Positions 47,737 through 56,891 of a stretch of DNA of 64,000 nt are shown piece after piece. The notes under the pieces were generated by a model. That model worked only from the letters and a program-made list of their open reading frames with translations, did no database searches and was not told the origin of the DNA. Within the stretch, counting starts at the first letter, position 1, and each line of letters starts with the position of its first letter. A program made the position numbers and the translations under genes. Source of the DNA: Candidatus Competibacteraceae bacterium (lineage in GTDB: Bacteria; Bacteroidota; Bacteroidia; CAIKAF01); assembly GCA_014879445.1 (NCBI GenBank), contig JACSSC010000026.1, positions 2,033-66,032 on the forward strand, read 5' to 3'.

Positions 47737-48408
47737 ATGAGTTATTTCAGACCTTCCGGATTCTCCTCCCTGCCCCCTGTTGTAAAAAATTTGCTAATCA
47801 TAAACGGCTTGATTTTCTTATTCCTCTTTGCCGGAACAGAAATTCGTATATGGATGATGAAATATTTGGCACTATGGATGCCAGGTTCCGATTTTTTTAT
47901 CCCTACGCAATATGTTACCTATCAGTTTATGCACTCATTTGCTGGGCCCTTTCATTTGTTGTTTAATATGTTTGCTCTTTGGATGTTTGGTACCATGATT
48001 GAAAATATTTGGGGTGCTCGTCGATTTTTAACTTATTATTTGCTTTGTGGAATTGGCGCCGGCCTTACACAAACATTAGCCCAGCTTATTGCCATGCACG
48101 AATTCATCGGCATATATCCATGGGCTGAAATAGCAAAAGCCATACCGCCAACAGTAGGCGCCTCGGGTTCTATTTATGGCCTTTTAGTGGCATATGCCTT
48201 TCTTTTTCCTGATGCCCGGATTTATATCTATTTTCTTATTCCCATGAAAGCAAAATATTTTGTCATCCTGCTCATCGCCATTTCTCTCTTCTCTGGATTA
48301 GGTGGAAGCCCTGGTGATAATGTTGCTCATTTTGCACACCTTGGCGGGGCACTCACCGGTATTTTGCTTATATTTGGCAAACGACTATTTAAACGGCGAC
48401 GCTATTAA
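47737..48408 (+). CDS. Rhomboid family intramembrane serine protease
   Basis: GxSG motif (GASGSIYGLL) and catalytic His context (AHFAHLGGALTG) in a six-TM protein. Starts 2 nt after the mutL stop. Confidence 0.8.
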   Translation: MSYFRPSGFSSLPPVVKNLLIINGLIFLFLFAGTEIRIWMMKYLALWMPGSDFFIPTQYVTYQFMHSFAGPFHLLFNMFALWMFGTMIENIWGARRFLTYYLLCGIGAGLTQTLAQLIAMHEFIGIYPWAEIAKAIPPTVGASGSIYGLLVAYAFLFPDARIYIYFLIPMKAKYFVILLIAISLFSGLGGSPGDNVAHFAHLGGALTGILLIFGKRLFKRRRY

Positions 48409-48409
48409 G

Positions 48410-49321
48410 ATGAAACGGAACGAATCAATAGATATGCGAAGAGCATTTATGGGGGGCAATCCATTGCATCAACTCATTGCAATGCTTGTAAGCGTATTTT
48501 TTCTTCTGCAATTTGCACGTTTGGTGGTTTATCTCGCCTCCGGATCTTCGCCTGATTACATGATGGGTTTTCAATCTGCTATGCTTTGGATGGGAACTCC
48601 TCTTTCATTTCCCGATTTCTTTATCAAATCCTATACACTACTCACAGGCATTTTTGTTCATCTGCAAATTTTGCCATTGATTTTTAACCTCCTTTCTCTC
48701 TATATTTTTGGAAGAATCTTCATCGAGTTTTTAGGTCGCAAACGATTATTGCCCCTCTTTCTCTATGCAGGCATATTTGCCACATTTGCTACGGTATTGA
48801 TTTGGCAAATCCCATACTTGCAAATTAATCACAGCCACACCATGATTACCGGATCCTCTGCCTCCATACTAGGCATCATGGCTGCCACAACGGTATTGTA
48901 TCCTAACCTGCCACTAAATCTGGTATTTTTAGGCCCTGTTCGACTTAAATACATTGCCCTGTTTTATGTTTCAATCCATGCGCTTTTGCATACCCCTGAC
49001 ATGCAATGGGCTGGATATGCCACTCATATTCTGGGAATTTTGTTTGGATTATCTTATGCCATTTTATTTAAAAAAGGATTTGACCTTACTTCGGGCTGGG
49101 TGCGAATCAACGATCAGGTTTTTGGAAAAAAAGTTCGGGTTCGAGCTAAAATGAAAGTTTACCAAAATAAACGCCCTCTTTCAGACGACCAATATAATAG
49201 CATCAAACGGGAAAGGGAGGCCACTTTAGATGAAATTTTAGACAAAATCAATGCATCAGGTATTCAAAGTTTAACACAAGTCGAAAAAGAATTGCTTAAC
49301 AGATATAGCCGCGAAAATTAG
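48410..49321 (+). CDS. Rhomboid family protein with C-terminal soluble extension (second, tandem copy)
   Basis: GSSASILGIMAA (Gly-x-Ser) and YATHILGILFG (His) in TM helices. ATG at 48410 directly follows the first rhomboid's stop; the longer track ORF starts inside the upstream gene. Confidence 0.7.
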   Translation: MKRNESIDMRRAFMGGNPLHQLIAMLVSVFFLLQFARLVVYLASGSSPDYMMGFQSAMLWMGTPLSFPDFFIKSYTLLTGIFVHLQILPLIFNLLSLYIFGRIFIEFLGRKRLLPLFLYAGIFATFATVLIWQIPYLQINHSHTMITGSSASILGIMAATTVLYPNLPLNLVFLGPVRLKYIALFYVSIHALLHTPDMQWAGYATHILGILFGLSYAILFKKGFDLTSGWVRINDQVFGKKVRVRAKMKVYQNKRPLSDDQYNSIKREREATLDEILDKINASGIQSLTQVEKELLNRYSREN

Positions 49322-50085
49322 CCCAATCTATAAGTATGAAGCTGCATACACGCTCCATCAAAGGTTGCATAAGTTTGATATCGAATCCAATCGCCTAAAT
49401 TGATATACGTACTTCCCTTGATTTCAATATTAATTGGTAAATGACGATGCCCAAATACCATGTAATCATAATGTGTAGTTGCTAAAACCGATTGACAATA
49501 TTGCACCAACCATTCCTTATCATCACCTAAATATGATTGATTAGCATCAAAATTGGCTTTTCTACTTTGCCTGCTTAGATATTGAGCTATACCAAAAGCC
49601 AAATTGGGATGCAGTCGGGCATAACACCATTGAAAAAATGAATTTCTAAAAATTCGCTTGATAATTTTATAGCTATAATCACCTGGTCCTAATCCATCAC
49701 CGTGTGATATATACACTTTCTTCCCATCCCATATTCTTACCTGTGGCTGATGATGCACAATGATGCCAATTTCCTGTTCAAGATAACCAAACATCCACAT
49801 ATCATGATTGCCGGTATGCAAATGCACCTGAATACCATTGTCGGTAAGCTGAGCCAATGACGCCAACAAACGAATAAACCCTTTGGGTGCCACGTGGCGA
49901 TATTCAAACCAAAAATCAAAAACATCACCAACCAAATGTAATTCAAGCGCATCTTGTTTAATAGTGTGTATCCATGACACTATAATATCTTCTCTCAACC
50001 TGCTTTGCCTGTAATCAGGTATGCCAAGATGAAAGTCGCTGGCAAAATATATGCGCTTCCCGTTCAGGATCGCATTCTGCATCAT
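49318..50085 (-). CDS. lpxH: UDP-2,3-diacylglucosamine diphosphatase (LpxH, calcineurin-like phosphoesterase)
   Basis: Metallophosphoesterase motifs SDFHLG, GDVFDFW and GNHD in LpxH-like order. Its ATG overlaps the upstream TlpA-like gene's TAA (TAATG). Confidence 0.75.
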   Translation of the reverse strand: MMQNAILNGKRIYFASDFHLGIPDYRQSRLREDIIVSWIHTIKQDALELHLVGDVFDFWFEYRHVAPKGFIRLLASLAQLTDNGIQVHLHTGNHDMWMFGYLEQEIGIIVHHQPQVRIWDGKKVYISHGDGLGPGDYSYKIIKRIFRNSFFQWCYARLHPNLAFGIAQYLSRQSRKANFDANQSYLGDDKEWLVQYCQSVLATTHYDYMVFGHRHLPINIEIKGSTYINLGDWIRYQTYATFDGACMQLHTYRLG

Positions 50086-51227
50086 TACATGGGTTTGGAA
50101 TTAAGCAACGCATTCAACTTAGCATCAAGTGAGCTACCGGTAAGATTTTTTGCAATAATCGTTCCATCGGGGCCAACCAAAAAGTTGAAAGGAATATACT
50201 GCACATCGTAAAGTTTGGCAGGCGCTGCATTCCAATATTGCAAGTCGCTTCCGTGCGCCCAAGTGAGTTTGTCATCCGCAATGGCTTGCACCCAGGCCTC
50301 CTTGTTTTGGTCTAAACTTACACCAAAAATTTCGAAGTTTTTTCCCTTGTACTTCTTATACAATTCTACCAGTTCAGGATTCTGCATACGACAAGGCCTG
50401 CACCATGATGCCCAAAAATCAATCAAAACATATTTGCCTTTAAATTGGCTTAGTCCAATGGGATTGCCATCTGGTGTTGTAACTGAAAAATCAGGAGCCG
50501 ATGTGCCAGGTGCTAATCGTGTGGATTTATCTACAATGGTAACAAAATTGTTTACAAAAACATTATCCGGAAATTTTGATCCCAACAATTGGGCTGTTTC
50601 ATTAAATAGGTCAGGATTGTCTTCAGGTTTTAACATGGCAACAGCTTGCAAACTAATGAATTTGCCCTTGTGTAATTCTGCAAATTCTTTCATTTTATGG
50701 GCCTGATTTACTTGGATTTCAACCAACAACTGATTCGCTGCCTTTTCATTAAAATTGTCTGGGTCTTGCTGATAGGCGGCATTCAAAGAATCGAGACGCA
50801 ACTGCCCCTCCATCATAATATGATTGATCTCTTGCAATAAATTGGTTTCTTCACTTCCCTCTACTTGATATGTCGAACTACACTCAGGATACTTTGCTGT
50901 AATCTTTAATATTTCAGTTGAATCTGTTACCAGTACCATGATATTTGAACTGGGTGCTACATTGCTATTGGGTTTAATTTTTCCAACCCGCAACTGATAA
51001 AAGGTTTTGCCTGCCGCTTTTTTATAAAGCGCAAAACTTCCATCCTTGCCAATTTTTGCACTATCAATTATCGTTGCTTTATTGGGCTCCAACAATTCAA
51101 AATAAATGGTTTCGCCGGCACCCCCCTCAATTTGACCGGTTATCACCGGGTTGCCTTTAGGGCGTGAACATCCCGCCACTATCATCAAAACCCATATCAC
51201 TACATATATTTTCTTCATTCTTTTCAT
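50085..51227 (-). CDS. TlpA-like thiol:disulfide oxidoreductase lipoprotein (thioredoxin fold, with N-terminal domain of unknown function)
   Basis: Signal/lipobox MKKIYVVIWVLMIVAGCS, and a C-terminal thioredoxin domain with WCRPC (CxxC) in YVLIDFWASWCRPCR. Confidence 0.8.
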   Translation of the reverse strand: MKRMKKIYVVIWVLMIVAGCSRPKGNPVITGQIEGGAGETIYFELLEPNKATIIDSAKIGKDGSFALYKKAAGKTFYQLRVGKIKPNSNVAPSSNIMVLVTDSTEILKITAKYPECSSTYQVEGSEETNLLQEINHIMMEGQLRLDSLNAAYQQDPDNFNEKAANQLLVEIQVNQAHKMKEFAELHKGKFISLQAVAMLKPEDNPDLFNETAQLLGSKFPDNVFVNNFVTIVDKSTRLAPGTSAPDFSVTTPDGNPIGLSQFKGKYVLIDFWASWCRPCRMQNPELVELYKKYKGKNFEIFGVSLDQNKEAWVQAIADDKLTWAHGSDLQYWNAAPAKLYDVQYIPFNFLVGPDGTIIAKNLTGSSLDAKLNALLNSKPM

Positions 51228-51256
51228 AGTTTCTACACATTAATATCCGCCTAATA

Positions 51257-51276
51257 TTGTAACCGGATGGTTACAA
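51257..51276. promoter_or_regulatory. Perfect inverted repeat TTGTAACC-N4-GGTTACAA in the divergent intergenic region upstream of mutA/mutB
   Basis: 8-bp arms with a 4-bp spacer (ggat), read directly at 51257..51276. Lies about 30 bp from the TlpA-like start and about 250 bp upstream of mutA. Confidence 0.3.
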
Positions 51277-51527
51277 AGATAAAAGATTTCTGTATGCAAA
51301 TCTCATCTTATATAGGTTTCAGCTTAATTTCAACCTTCTGACAATGCGTTATATGCGATTTATCAGAATTTCGTTTCCAAGTCATAACAAAATTCTCTTC
51401 ATATTTTTTATCCTACAAATCAGCTCTCATATCAACCAAGTCGGCATTGAAACATTTATATGATATCAACATGGGAATATACCCGATAATCAGCCATTAT
51501 TGTAACTTTGTGTCTTACCATATAGAT

Positions 51528-52967
51528 ATGGATACTATTTTTTCTGATTTTGAAGTTCCCCAACCAACACAGTGGTGGGAAGATGTAAAAAAAAGCTTAG
51601 GTACTGAGGATTCCGTGTCTTCACTTATTACTCATACGCCCGAAGATATTGATATACAACCCATCTACACACAAAAACAAGCACAACAGGACGCTACCAT
51701 ACCCTCTAATTTATCTCAGGCATTAATATTTCAACCCGTATATGCCGACAATGCCATTGCTGCAAATCAAACCCTGCTGGATGCCTTATCACAAGGAGCC
51801 AACTCAGCTTGGATTACCGGCTCTACTTTACCCGATATAGACGACTGGCAACAACTTATGCAACGGGTTTCGCTTGATACCTTTGCCCCAGCATTTGATA
51901 TGGGAGAATCAAATCCTTCTTTACTTTTTCAGCTTATCAATCATTACCAACAAGTGGGCATTGACGAAAACAAACGTGCCGGATCCGTTTGGTTTTCCCC
52001 TCTTTCAACCGCTTTAGCAACAGGCCACATTGATTATCCACGACTCTCCTCCGAATCATTTTATCGCTCAATCTTCGACGAAACCCAAACACATCTCTCT
52101 GGATATCGAATCATTCACGCTTTACCTTTCCGACTCCGCGAAGCAGGAGGAAATGCTGTGCAGGAAATTGCATTGGGCTTGTCTGAGTTGGCAGCTTATC
52201 TCGACTGGTTTACTGACTGGGGATATACTCCTCAATCCATCGTTTCGCGGATGCAACTAGTGTTCGGTATCGGCTCCGACTATTTTATGGAAATTGCCAA
52301 AATTAGAGCAGGTCGGGTCTTATTATCACGCCTCGTTCAGGCATGGGATGATGCTGCCGGAAATATTCCTGTCTTTTCTCTTTCCTTACTCCGAAACAAG
52401 TCCATGTTTGATATTCACACCAATATTCTTCGTAGTGCTAACGAAGCACTATCAGCCATGATTGGCGGATGTGATGCCCTCTGTATCAGACCCTATAATG
52501 AAACACAAAAAATTCCCGACGATCATGCACTGCGCTTGTCTCGCAATATTCCGCTTCTGCTCCGACATGAGGCATACGCTGATTTTGTTACTGACCCTGC
52601 TGCCGGATCATTTTATCTTAACGAACTAACTGAACAACTTATAGAAAAAAGCTGGAAGCTATTTTTAGACATCGAATCCGTCGGCGGATACGAACAAGCC
52701 ATGACAACTGGAAAGATACAAAGCATAATTAGTGCTAACGACAAAAAAGAAAAAGAGGCCTTTCAGAAAGGACAAAAAATAGTTGTAGGTACCAATAAAT
52801 ATCCCATTAAAGACGAAATCATTGATCCCAACACAACGCCTATTTCTACTAATATTTTTGTGCATAGCTCAACTGATTTTGAACCCCTCAAACCCGAAAG
52901 GTTAAGCCAAAAACTCGACGAATTGCGTGTACAAAAACAAATCTCCCACAACGAAAAAAATGCATAA
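51528..52967 (+). CDS. mutA: Methylmalonyl-CoA mutase small (beta) subunit
   Basis: Mutase TIM-barrel-like domain without the DxHxxG B12 motif, immediately upstream of the large subunit. ATG at 51528 (MDTIFSDFEVPQPTQWWEDVKK) preferred to the longer track ORF. Confidence 0.8.
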   Translation: MDTIFSDFEVPQPTQWWEDVKKSLGTEDSVSSLITHTPEDIDIQPIYTQKQAQQDATIPSNLSQALIFQPVYADNAIAANQTLLDALSQGANSAWITGSTLPDIDDWQQLMQRVSLDTFAPAFDMGESNPSLLFQLINHYQQVGIDENKRAGSVWFSPLSTALATGHIDYPRLSSESFYRSIFDETQTHLSGYRIIHALPFRLREAGGNAVQEIALGLSELAAYLDWFTDWGYTPQSIVSRMQLVFGIGSDYFMEIAKIRAGRVLLSRLVQAWDDAAGNIPVFSLSLLRNKSMFDIHTNILRSANEALSAMIGGCDALCIRPYNETQKIPDDHALRLSRNIPLLLRHEAYADFVTDPAAGSFYLNELTEQLIEKSWKLFLDIESVGGYEQAMTTGKIQSIISANDKKEKEAFQKGQKIVVGTNKYPIKDEIIDPNTTPISTNIFVHSSTDFEPLKPERLSQKLDELRVQKQISHNEKNA

Positions 52968-52970
52968 ATT

Positions 52971-55085
52971 ATGAAGCCCGATTTTCATAAAATAAAGCTC
53001 CATACTCATTCATCTCATAAGCCGACAACATTACATACTAAAATTTCATCTGAAGGCATTGAAATAAAAAATCAATATACTCGCCAAGATTTACAAGGCA
53101 TGCATCACTTGCCTTACCTGTCGGGAATACCTCCATTTGTTCGCGGCCCCTATCATACTATGTATGTACGAAAACCCTGGACCATCCGACAATATGCCGG
53201 ATTTAGCACAGCCGAAGAATCCAATGCCTTTTATCGTAGAAATTTGGCTGCCGGACAAAAAGGATTATCTGTGGCTTTCGACCTGCCCACACACCGTGGC
53301 TACGACTCTGACCATCCACGCGTTTCGGGCGACGTAGGGAAAGCTGGCGTTGCCATAGATACTGTGGAGGACATGAAACGACTTTTTGATGAAATTCCCC
53401 TCGACCAAATGTCCGTATCCATGACCATGAACGGCGCTGTTATCCCCATCATGGCTTTTTATATTGTTGCTGCCGAAGAACAAGGTGTGTCGCCTGAAAA
53501 ACTCAACGGCACAATCCAAAACGATATTCTCAAAGAATTTATGGTGCGCAATACCTATATCTATCCACCCTCTCCCTCCATGCGTATCATTGCCGACATC
53601 TTCGCCTACACCTCACGCCATATGCCCAAATTCAACTCAATCAGCATTTCAGGTTATCATATGCACGAAGCCGGCGCACCTGCCGATATCGAGTTGGCTT
53701 ATACTTTGGCCGACGGCCTGGAATATATCCGAACTGGACTTAGAGCCGGCTTGTCAATTGATGCTTTCGCTCCTCGTCTTTCCTTCTTCTTTGCTACCGG
53801 CATGAACCATTTTATGGAAATCGCCAAACTGCGTGCAGCACGATACATTTGGGCCTCTTTGATCAAATCTTTTCAACCCACAGATGTCCGCTCTCTTATG
53901 TTACGCACTCATTGCCAAACCTCTGGATATAGTTTGACCGAACAAGACCCCTTCAATAATGTTACCCGAACTTATGTTGAAGCCATGGCAGCTGTTCTTG
54001 GTGGCACTCAATCATTACATACTAATTCGCTTGATGAAGCCATTGCCCTGCCTACCGATTTTTCTGCCCGCATTGCACGCAACACACAACTTGTTATTGC
54101 AGAAGAAACAGGCGTAACTCGTACTGTGGACCCATGGGCCGGCTCCTTTTATGTTGAACATCTTACCGGCAAACTCATTGAAAAAACATACGAGCATATA
54201 CGCGAAATTGAAGCACTCGGAGGTATGGCTAAAGCCATTGAAAACGGACTCCCAAAACTCCGAATTGAAGAAGCTGCTGCACGCAAACAAGCCCGTATCG
54301 ATGCCGGATTGGAAAAAATATTGGGTGTTAATGTGTATCAAACACACAATGAACCAAAAATTGATTTGCTGGAAGTTGATAATGAAAAAGTGCGTCGTCA
54401 GCAAATAACACAAATACTTCAGGTTAAAGAAAAACGTAGCCCTGAACGTGTACAAAAAGCCCTGGAAACTTTAACAAACGCATGTAGCGACAACCAGCTA
54501 AACCTACTTGAAGCCGCCATAATTGCTGCCAGAGAACGTGCCACTTTAGGCGAAATTAGCGATGCCATGGAAAAGGTTTTTGGCAGATATAAGGCGCAAA
54601 TTCAAACCATTTCTGGTGTATATTCAAACGAAATTCGTATGGATAATTCTTTTGCAAAAGCTATTCAACTCAGCCAAACATTTGCCGAAAAAAAAGGCCG
54701 CCGACCTCGGCTGCTCGTTGCCAAAATGGGCCAAGACGGACATGATCGTGGCGCTAAAGTCATTGCTACTGCTTTTGCCGATATCGGCTTTGATGTAGAT
54801 GTGGGTCCGCTTTTTCAAACCCCCGATGAAGTAGCTCTTATGGCTATTGAAAACGATGTGCATGTCGTTGGCATATCTTCTTTGGCTGCCGGTCATAAAA
54901 CATTAGTTCCTCAACTCATTGATGCACTCCGAAAAAAAGGTCGCGATGATATCCTGGTGATTGTTGGCGGTGTAATCCCTCAGCAAGATTATCCTTTTCT
55001 TTTTAATCACGGCGTTGCTGCCGTTTTTGGCCCCGGCACACATATCCCTTCTGCCGCTATGCAAGTCATAAAACTGCTTCTTTAA
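52971..55085 (+). CDS. mutB: Methylmalonyl-CoA mutase large (alpha) subunit, adenosylcobalamin-dependent
   Basis: Conserved N-terminal substrate-binding barrel ([59 protein letters not shown]) and a C-terminal B12-binding domain with DxHxxG ([11 protein letters not shown]). Confidence 0.93.
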   Translation: MKPDFHKIKLHTHSSHKPTTLHTKISSEGIEIKNQYTRQDLQGMHHLPYLSGIPPFVRGPYHTMYVRKPWTIRQYAGFSTAEESNAFYRRNLAAGQKGLSVAFDLPTHRGYDSDHPRVSGDVGKAGVAIDTVEDMKRLFDEIPLDQMSVSMTMNGAVIPIMAFYIVAAEEQGVSPEKLNGTIQNDILKEFMVRNTYIYPPSPSMRIIADIFAYTSRHMPKFNSISISGYHMHEAGAPADIELAYTLADGLEYIRTGLRAGLSIDAFAPRLSFFFATGMNHFMEIAKLRAARYIWASLIKSFQPTDVRSLMLRTHCQTSGYSLTEQDPFNNVTRTYVEAMAAVLGGTQSLHTNSLDEAIALPTDFSARIARNTQLVIAEETGVTRTVDPWAGSFYVEHLTGKLIEKTYEHIREIEALGGMAKAIENGLPKLRIEEAAARKQARIDAGLEKILGVNVYQTHNEPKIDLLEVDNEKVRRQQITQILQVKEKRSPERVQKALETLTNACSDNQLNLLEAAIIAARERATLGEISDAMEKVFGRYKAQIQTISGVYSNEIRMDNSFAKAIQLSQTFAEKKGRRPRLLVAKMGQDGHDRGAKVIATAFADIGFDVDVGPLFQTPDEVALMAIENDVHVVGISSLAAGHKTLVPQLIDALRKKGRDDILVIVGGVIPQQDYPFLFNHGVAAVFGPGTHIPSAAMQVIKLLL

Positions 55086-55367
55086 AAAAATTTTGCTTTG
55101 CCTCTCTCTAAATGGAAAATACTGAATTATAAAAACAATATATCTCTTTCGATAAAAAAATCACGCTTCCTCATAATAAATAAACGCAAATGTTTTTGGG
55201 CGTGCCCCTTCGGGTCAGGCTATCCGCTACAAGTCCTCGCTACGCTGTGGGCTTTTCGCTCCTATCCTTCACGCAACTTCAATGACAAGTTCTGCCAACT
55301 TGCCTTCATTCATGTCTTTTCTGTTAACAGGAAATTTGTCAATATTGAAAATTAACCATGCGCTTGT

Positions 55368-56762
55368 CTATTGAAAAATAATCTTACCTGATTGTATGCC
55401 TTCTGCTTGGTTTCTAATTTGATAAAAATAAACGCCTTTGGCAAACCCCCTCAAATCAATATTTGTCAGTTCACCATCTAATTCTTTATAAAAAATCAAC
55501 ACGCCCTGCATGTTATACAAAAGAACAACACTCCCTTGCGTATATGATTTGATAGAAAAAATACCATTGCTCGGATTGGGATAAAAATTCGCACTGTTCT
55601 CTAAATCAAATTCGGAAACAGATAAAATAGCACAAATGCCCGACACTTGTATAGGTGTAGATCTGTCAACTGTTGTCGCATCAGCCAATTGTCCTTTATC
55701 ATTGCGACCACAAGCCCAAACAGTCCCGTCATTTTTCAAAAAAAGCGAATGATTATCTCCTGCTGCAATATCAACAATCTGATTTAAAGAGCTTATTAGT
55801 ACAGGTGATGATTTATCTATCATTGTGCCATCACCCAATTGCCCCTCGCTATTAAAACCACATGAATACACCGTGCCGTCATTTTTTAGATACAAAGAAA
55901 ACTCTGAACCTGCACAAATGGCTATAATATTATTTACTGTATTCACTTGCACGGGTGTTAGTTTGTTTAATGTTGTTCCGTCGCCAAGCTGCCCGTCACT
56001 ATTTAGGCCACATGCCCATACCGTGCCATCATTTTTTAAAAATAATGAATGGAATCCGTCTTTAGAGGCATCTATTGCAATAATGGAGTTTAACGAAGTA
56101 ATCTGTGTAGGAATATGTTTGTTAACCGTTGTTCCATCGCCAAGCTGCCCACTGAGATTGTATCCGCAAGCCCAAACAGATCCATCACTTCTTAAGAAAA
56201 GCGAATGGGCATCCCCTGCAGAAATAGCAATGATTCCACTAAGTGATTGAATTTGAAATGGTGTTGATTGGGCTATAATCGTACCATCTCCTAGCTGCCC
56301 ATCATCGTTATGACCACAGGCCCAAACAGTACTGTCGCTTTTCAAAAACAAGGTGTGACTTTGTCCTGCCGCAATGTCAATTACATCGCTAATGTTAACT
56401 TGAATGAGATTGGGCTGATGAGCAGTTGTCCCATTGCCTAATTCACCATCTCCATTATTGCCACACGCCCAAACGGTACCATCATTTTTTAAATAAATGG
56501 AGTGCGAACTTGCTGCATACACGGCTTTAATGTTGGTTAACGAAACGGCAACAGGATTTGGGTGTGCAGTGAAATCTGATGTACCATTTCCATGCTGCCC
56601 AAAAAGATTTGAACCGCTAATCATCGGCGTACTGTTGCTGCATAGAAAAATGGAGTGATTTGCTCCAGCTGCTATCGATTGTGCATTGACAAACGATGAA
56701 ATAACTGCATTGAGAAATAGTGAAAAACTGATTACTGAAATACTGCTAATTCTTGTTTTCAT
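55368..56762 (-). CDS. Secreted RCC1-repeat (seven-bladed beta-propeller) protein with T9SS type-A C-terminal domain
   Basis: Seven repeats of the form HSLFLKNDGTVWACGxNxDGQLGDGTT. Signal peptide. C-terminal Por_Secre_tail (NFYPNPSNGIFSIKS...GVYFYQIRN...KIIFQ). Confidence 0.8.
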   Translation of the reverse strand: MKTRISSISVISFSLFLNAVISSFVNAQSIAAGANHSIFLCSNSTPMISGSNLFGQHGNGTSDFTAHPNPVAVSLTNIKAVYAASSHSIYLKNDGTVWACGNNGDGELGNGTTAHQPNLIQVNISDVIDIAAGQSHTLFLKSDSTVWACGHNDDGQLGDGTIIAQSTPFQIQSLSGIIAISAGDAHSLFLRSDGSVWACGYNLSGQLGDGTTVNKHIPTQITSLNSIIAIDASKDGFHSLFLKNDGTVWACGLNSDGQLGDGTTLNKLTPVQVNTVNNIIAICAGSEFSLYLKNDGTVYSCGFNSEGQLGDGTMIDKSSPVLISSLNQIVDIAAGDNHSLFLKNDGTVWACGRNDKGQLADATTVDRSTPIQVSGICAILSVSEFDLENSANFYPNPSNGIFSIKSYTQGSVVLLYNMQGVLIFYKELDGELTNIDLRGFAKGVYFYQIRNQAEGIQSGKIIFQ

Positions 56763-56891
56763 TTTGATTTATGTTGAAATTAATTTATACGATATATGTT
56801 ATTCGTTTATATGAAATCATATTGAATGGCTTCATAAAATATCCCATTTATATAGATTATTATGTATAAAATAATAATACACCAAGTCAAT

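Noticed and set aside
48302-48409. Long overlapping N-terminal extension of the second rhomboid ORF (track start 48302)
   Set aside because: The extension lies inside the first rhomboid gene in another frame. An ATG at 48410 immediately after the upstream stop gives a sensible N-terminus.
51228-51527. Possible adenosylcobalamin riboswitch upstream of mutA/mutB
   Set aside because: I searched the 300-bp leader by eye for the B12-box (GCCACTG-like) and the conserved stem pattern. None was found. These riboswitches also normally regulate transport or biosynthesis genes rather than the mutase.
55098-55355. 85-aa ORF covering the GC-rich intergenic island
   Set aside because: It begins in A-rich non-coding sequence and has an implausible composition (MPLSKWKILNYKNNISLSIKK...). 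The region is more likely non-coding, so it was kept as a finding about a possible RNA or element instead.
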